From the NCBI GenBank assembly GCA_016844745.1, contig JAERMQ010000001.1, positions 29,475 through 93,474 of the forward strand: a stretch of DNA of 64,000 nucleotides. Direction: 5' to 3'. This stretch comes from Ignavibacteria bacterium. Lineage in GTDB: Bacteria > Bacteroidota > Ignavibacteria > Kapaibacteriales > UBA2268. Each line of letters begins with the position of its first letter. The stretch's first letter is position 1. Below the pieces are notes generated by a model, which was not told the DNA's origin, did not search any database, and was given only the letters and a program-made list of their open reading frames with translations. The translations under genes were made by a program, and so were the position numbers. Positions 59,292 to 64,000 of the stretch are shown here, piece by piece.

Positions 59292-60383
59292 CTAATTTAT
59301 CCAGACACCGAAATTAAGTATAAAATCGCTTCTTGAATTAGTCGGCTTTCCGCTGTTCATATTAAATAATTTGTAATTATCGCCGAAGTTCAACATTCTT
59401 CCTTCCAACCGAATATAAGAATTGTCGTAAGGTTTATATTCGCATCCTAAAGTTAAGTCAATTCCGGAAAGTGCCGGCGCGTAAACCCCATCTTCATTAT
59501 CGACAAATGCAAATCTGAAAGTGCCGCTCAATTTCTTGATAAATTCATAATGAGCTGTTGCGAAGACTCCCAAATATTGCCCGTTAATTATTTTGCCATT
59601 GGCATCCTTAACATCTTTCAAAGCTAAGTCACCTTGAAGTTTAACGGCAAATTCCTTTGTGATGCTTAGTGAAGCTACAAGATTATGAAGTTGGTGTGTT
59701 ATTGCATCATTGGGATTGCCTGGTTCTTCATTTCCAATTACTCCGGCATAAGAAACAGTGATATAATCAGCAAACCTGTAAGAAAGAAATCCTCCGAAGG
59801 TTTTATTGTAATTATTCTCATCGAAAATTCCATTCCCATTCAAGACCCAGAACTGACCTGTTAAATCATCAGTTTCGTAAGATGCCCGAATGCCAGCCTG
59901 AAAAAAAGGCTCGAAATAAGTCACTAATGAATGGGAAGTAAGCCAATTATCCTTTGGCAGCATTCCTTCTCCACCAATATGAGTCAGGAAATATCCGGCA
60001 TCAAGCCATAGATTATCAAATATTTTTATTCCGGCATTAGCCTGCTGAACAATTGGCATTTGAACTCCAGTTGCCGAATATGCAGTTTTATGAAGGTCGC
60101 CTACATGAAATGTCATTATAGACCTTACAATTCCCTTATAATTGATTTTTCCGGTAACCTGAGCAGTATTAATTGCAAATTCATTTTTCCGTGGACTGAC
60201 GAATGTAAATTGTCTCATATTGGTATCGTCCTTCATATTAGTTCTCGAAATTCCGTTATCAGTTGCTATATATGCATCGATATATCCGCCTATGATAAAT
60301 TTTGTATCTTCGTCTGCAGATAAAAGTGGTGTACAAACAGATAGATGCATCAATACTGTTACTAACAAAGAAATTTTAGTCAT
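59292..60383 (-). CDS. Outer-membrane beta-barrel porin (DUF1597/BBP2-like)
   Basis: It has a signal peptide and the motifs GYIDAY, DAGYFLTHIG.E, PFFQAG, NGNG...ENN.NK and RLEGR. Confidence 0.75.
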   Translation of the reverse strand: MTKISLLVTVLMHLSVCTPLLSADEDTKFIIGGYIDAYIATDNGISRTNMKDDTNMRQFTFVSPRKNEFAINTAQVTGKINYKGIVRSIMTFHVGDLHKTAYSATGVQMPIVQQANAGIKIFDNLWLDAGYFLTHIGGEGMLPKDNWLTSHSLVTYFEPFFQAGIRASYETDDLTGQFWVLNGNGIFDENNYNKTFGGFLSYRFADYITVSYAGVIGNEEPGNPNDAITHQLHNLVASLSITKEFAVKLQGDLALKDVKDANGKIINGQYLGVFATAHYEFIKKLSGTFRFAFVDNEDGVYAPALSGIDLTLGCEYKPYDNSYIRLEGRMLNFGDNYKLFNMNSGKPTNSRSDFILNFGVWIN

Positions 60384-60419
60384 ATTAACTCCTGAGATTT
60401 ATTGAGAGAAATAATTAAT

Positions 60420-61187
60420 TCAATCAACAGACTTATGGAAAGTTCTCCCTGATAAAATTAAATCAAAAAGTGCTGCCGGAACAGATTTTCCAAAATATGA
60501 AAAAAGTGACATAATCAGTGGGAAAGCTATAATCCTTTTTTCTTTTTCAATTCCTTTGACAATAATTTTCGCCGCTTCGTCGGGGTCAATCAGGAAGGGC
60601 ATGTTGAATTGATTTCCCGATGTCATTTCCGTTCGGACAAAACCGGGTTTAATTGTCATTACTTTTATATTTTTTGGTGCAAGCTCGCACCGCGCAGCCT
60701 CTAACAAATGACCGGCAGCAGATTTGCTTGCACAATATGCGGCATTGCCGGGAATTCCCCTCGATTCTGCTAATGAACCTACTCCGGCAATAGTTCCTCC
60801 ACCTTGTTCCAGCATAATCGGGACAAGGCAAGATAATCCATTTGCAAGTCCGAAAACATTTACTTCAAAAATTTTAACTAATGATTCAGGATTAGATTTA
60901 GAAAATAGAAAAGATTCGGCAAATCCGGCATTTAATATAGCCAGGTCAATATTGCCTAATAATTTTTTTGCTTGATTGGCAGCCTCCCTCATTTCGTCTA
61001 AAGAAGCAACATTGCAGTGAATGGTATGGCAAGTCCCTCCGTTTGAGCTAATCCAGGATTTGACTTTATTTAAATCTTCCGTATTGCGTGAAGAAAGAAC
61101 TATAAGAGAACCTTTTTTAGCATACTCCAAAGCTAAAGCCCTTCCTATTCCCCGCGAAGCGCCTGTAATAAAAACCGTTTTTACCAT
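60420..61187 (-). CDS. Short-chain dehydrogenase/reductase
   Basis: Motifs TGASRGIG, LNAG, YCASK and PGFVRTEM are present. Confidence 0.92.
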   Translation of the reverse strand: MVKTVFITGASRGIGRALALEYAKKGSLIVLSSRNTEDLNKVKSWISSNGGTCHTIHCNVASLDEMREAANQAKKLLGNIDLAILNAGFAESFLFSKSNPESLVKIFEVNVFGLANGLSCLVPIMLEQGGGTIAGVGSLAESRGIPGNAAYCASKSAAGHLLEAARCELAPKNIKVMTIKPGFVRTEMTSGNQFNMPFLIDPDEAAKIIVKGIEKEKRIIAFPLIMSLFSYFGKSVPAALFDLILSGRTFHKSVD

Positions 61188-61273
61188 TTACAAAAATATT
61201 ATTTTTCCGCAACACTTAACAATATTTTGAATTTTGTAATTTTGAATCTGGTGTAAACATTGAAAATAAATTT

Positions 61274-62032
61274 ATGGTTCGAATTATTATTTTTTTAATT
61301 CTGCTTGGCTTGGAAATGCTAACAGGCTGTTCGATTTTCAAAAAAGCTGCCGGAGTGGATATCGATGCTGAACAATTCGAGGCTGCCCGAAGAGCTAAAA
61401 TCTCACGTTTGAAAGCAGAATCCCTTCAAAATTTATCTGCTCGACTATCGAAGACGGACCCAATTGATAATGCTGATTTTTGCATTCAATTATCAGATGA
61501 TTTCCTTGGGAAAATAGTGAATCAATATGAACAAACCGAAGGCTGGCTGGATGCCAATACGAATTTTTCAATCAAAAAAATCAATGTTGCTATCGAAGAC
61601 GGCTATGCCTCTGCTTCCCTTGGCATGATTGCACACAATAACAAATTTAATGTCGAACTCGAGCTTATTACGGATTGCCTTGTGACACTTGAAATGAAGA
61701 ATGGTGAATTGGTTTTATCTCTTGAACCATTCAACATATCGCCAACTGCAACAGGCAAAGGAGTCGCTTCACTTGCCGAAGAAATTATAGAAAATTTAGT
61801 AAAAATCAATCTTGCCGGGCTTGGCTCCAAGCTGCCTGAAATTAAAATTCCTCTTGGTTTCTCGAATTCGATGAACTTTCCTTCGACAAATTTCACTATC
61901 CGTGATAAAGTCAATTTACAGCTTACAAGACAGATGAATACTATCGATTACAAAATCAAATTAAAAGAATTGCTAATTTTCAAGGGTAATATTTTTATAG
62001 CCCTGAATCTTGAATCTGTGAAAGTGAGGTAG
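61274..62032 (+). CDS. Putative lipoprotein
   Basis: It has a lipobox (LTGC) and a beta-rich body. Confidence 0.75.
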   Translation: MVRIIIFLILLGLEMLTGCSIFKKAAGVDIDAEQFEAARRAKISRLKAESLQNLSARLSKTDPIDNADFCIQLSDDFLGKIVNQYEQTEGWLDANTNFSIKKINVAIEDGYASASLGMIAHNNKFNVELELITDCLVTLEMKNGELVLSLEPFNISPTATGKGVASLAEEIIENLVKINLAGLGSKLPEIKIPLGFSNSMNFPSTNFTIRDKVNLQLTRQMNTIDYKIKLKELLIFKGNIFIALNLESVKVR

Positions 62033-62035
62033 AAG

Positions 62036-63187
62036 ATGAAAATAAAAAGTATTTTTGGAAGTTCTATTAATTTTCGAGTGTCTTACTTGCTTTCGAGACT
62101 GTGCAAAAACTTTGTTTTGATAGTCATTCTGAACGAAGTGAAGAATCTTCTGAAAGTTCAGATGAATGTTATAATGAAGGGAATAAAATGGAAAAATGAA
62201 ACCGGAAGCTGCATTAATACAAGATTATTCTTTGTCATTTTGAAAATTTTTGAGATGGTTGTTTACAAAAATAAAGTATCAATTTTTTCTAAAAGATTCT
62301 TCACTTCGTTTAGAATGTCATTCTTCTTGACTTTTCAAACTGCCTCATTCGCAGGAATGACATCTTTATTAGTAGTATTTGTTGTTTTATTACATTCCTG
62401 CAAAACTGTTGTTCTGCCGCCTGTTGAGCAATCACTAAGTGAAATTTCTTTTTATGAGCATAAATCAGACAGTTTAAGGAAAATCGTTGCACCGAAGTCA
62501 AAATTAAGTTCAGGCAGCGATTTATATGTATCAATAAGTAAAAATGCCATTAACCGGTTTGCTAATTCATTGGCAAATAATAGGATTGATGATTTAAATG
62601 TGAACTTTTTACCAAAGCAATCTTTTATCAGTGAAGATAAGTCTTTCCTTGGAGTAAAATATACAAATTACATGAATATCGATACCGGATATGTGAGCCT
62701 GGATTTGAAAAAACTAAACTTTAATAAAATCGAAGGAAAAACAATCGAAGCCGGTATCGAGCTGGAAGGGAAAGGATTTATTAAAATCTCCGGTAAATAC
62801 GCTGGTGTTCCGGCAAGTGTTAAACCTGATGTTGAGTTGTATCTTAATGAAAATATATCTTTCAATATTCTCCCGGGCGAAAATGGCTCTGCAGTATTGA
62901 AGCCGAATCCAAAGAAAATTCTACTTAAAACAAAATTTTCCATCAAATTGCTGGAATGGAAATTACCCTGGTACCATGAAGTGCCATTGGAATTGATGGA
63001 AATATTGAAACCAATTGTTCTGCCTGTTGGAATTAATACCGGTATAATGCTTCCCTTACCGGCTAAAACCTACGGAAGTAAACAAATTGAATATGTACCG
63101 TATCGCATTGAGTTTGTTGCTCCAACAGTATTTTTAAAAAATGATAAAATAGAATACACAAGCAATATAAATTTATATAAGAAATGA
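62036..63187 (+). CDS. Putative lipoprotein whose 5' region contains a palindromic element; start uncertain (62036 or 62357)
   Basis: The lipobox LHSC lies about 120 codons into the ORF. The preceding residues are translated REP arms (VILNEVKNL, RFFTSFRM, FAGMT). Confidence 0.7.
   Translation: MKIKSIFGSSINFRVSYLLSRLCKNFVLIVILNEVKNLLKVQMNVIMKGIKWKNETGSCINTRLFFVILKIFEMVVYKNKVSIFSKRFFTSFRMSFFLTFQTASFAGMTSLLVVFVVLLHSCKTVVLPPVEQSLSEISFYEHKSDSLRKIVAPKSKLSSGSDLYVSISKNAINRFANSLANNRIDDLNVNFLPKQSFISEDKSFLGVKYTNYMNIDTGYVSLDLKKLNFNKIEGKTIEAGIELEGKGFIKISGKYAGVPASVKPDVELYLNENISFNILPGENGSAVLKPNPKKILLKTKFSIKLLEWKLPWYHEVPLELMEILKPIVLPVGINTGIMLPLPAKTYGSKQIEYVPYRIEFVAPTVFLKNDKIEYTSNINLYKK
62095..62361. mobile_element. 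MITE/REP composite inside the 62036 ORF
   Basis: The ends are GAGACTGTGCAAAAA and TTTTCAAACTGCCTC, and the internal arms lie at 62123-62148 and 62294-62319. It is followed by ATTCGCAGGAATGAC. Confidence 0.65.
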
Positions 63188-63193
63188 TATTAA

Positions 63194-63514
63194 GAGCCTG
63201 TTGAAAAAGAAAAGGAGAATGTCATTCTGAACTCCAAAATAATGGAATTAATAAAAATAAGCAATGACAAATTAAAGAGAAACCCCCTAACCCCCTTTGA
63301 AAAAGGGGGAATTGTTTGTCCCCCCTTTTTCAAAGGGGGTTAGGGGGTTTCTCAATGTAGAAATTGTTGCCATTATTTTGAATCAAGAAAAATCTGTCAT
63401 TGGTAACTTGATTCAGAATCCATAAACCGCACTGGGAGTGGATTCTTCACTTCGTTCAGAATGACATTCTTCCATTTTTATTTGTTTTCACACAGACTCA
63501 TTCGCAGGAATGAC
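63194..63514. mobile_element. Nested MITE/REP composite
   Basis: GAGCCTGTTGAAAA and TTTTCACACAGACTC ends enclose GAATGTCATTCTGAAC arms, a TCCAAAATAATGG/CCATTATTTTGAA IR and the 63277-63353 palindrome. It is followed by ATTCGCAGGAATGAC. Confidence 0.7.
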
Positions 63515-63540
63515 AACTTAATTCTTAAAAGAATAATCCA

Positions 63541-63999
63541 TTATTGAAACATTACTATTTCAACTATTGTTTCGGATAATTGGGGATTAGAAAAATTAAG
63601 CGCCTTGCTGCGGTTTTCCGTTGATATTTGATTTCTATTCAGTCCGAAATTTTTTACGATTAAATTTGTAATAAATTCAATATAATGGGAATTATTATTT
63701 GTTTCCGATTGTGTATAACGAATTATTATTTTAGTTGGATTATTTAGGTTTTCCTTTAAAGATTTGATTTGTTTTTCAACAGACAACCTAATTTCAGGCT
63801 CTTCGATGGATGCTATTTGCAGGTATGCTTCGATATATGATGAATTCTGTAATTTATGAAACATCGGTTCTCTAAGATTGAGCCGGTTGACAGGAAATGT
63901 TATTTTTTCAATAACATTTTTTCCGTTTTTCCTTTCGGCAATAATTTGAATTTCCGAATTTTCATTCTTAGCTAAAATCGAACAATAGCGCGATAAATC
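63541..63999 (-). CDS. C-terminal part of a gene running off the right edge
   Basis: The frame stays open from the ATG at 63864 to the window end. Confidence 0.6.
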   Translation of the reverse strand, partial: DLSRYCSILAKNENSEIQIIAERKNGKNVIEKITFPVNRLNLREPMFHKLQNSSYIEAYLQIASIEEPEIRLSVEKQIKSLKENLNNPTKIIIRYTQSETNNNSHYIEFITNLIVKNFGLNRNQISTENRSKALNFSNPQLSETIVEIVMFQ

Positions 64000-64000
64000 G

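Overview
This AT-rich 64-kb window most likely comes from an FCB-group bacterium related to Ignavibacteria or Ca. Kapabacteria. That is an inference from the many T9SS C-terminal sorting domains, the TAnnTTTG-type promoter motifs and the fused E1 alpha/beta gene. Housekeeping genes include a biotin carboxylase, YraN, rfbA, nadB, purN, a fused 2-oxoacid dehydrogenase E1, tRNA-Arg(CCG), a GT2, manC, prfB (with its +1 frameshift), murG and an SDR. They alternate with several accessory blocks. (i) Two loci of very large secreted, mostly T9SS-cargo proteins (1-8720 and 25122-40896) carry dockerin-like and cohesin-like modules and intergenic stem-loops but no recognisable glycoside hydrolase; this is the best candidate for an undescribed multiprotein surface complex. 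(ii) An AT-rich island between nadB and purN holds an ECF-type sigma, a 16-Cys secreted protein, a nearly CTD-only protein and a T9SS cargo. (iii) A stand-alone RadC N-terminal domain is coupled to a DNA methyltransferase-nuclease fusion. (iv) An MNT-HEPN module is followed by an orphan T9SS CTD tail. (v) An isochorismatase / flavin oxidoreductase / atypical RlmN-like radical SAM cluster is present. Intergenic DNA is dense with several families of palindromic REP/MITE-like elements, including nested, duplicated and apparently in-frame inserted copies, plus 7- and 10-mer tandem repeats. Domain calls are from motif recognition by eye, not from database searches.
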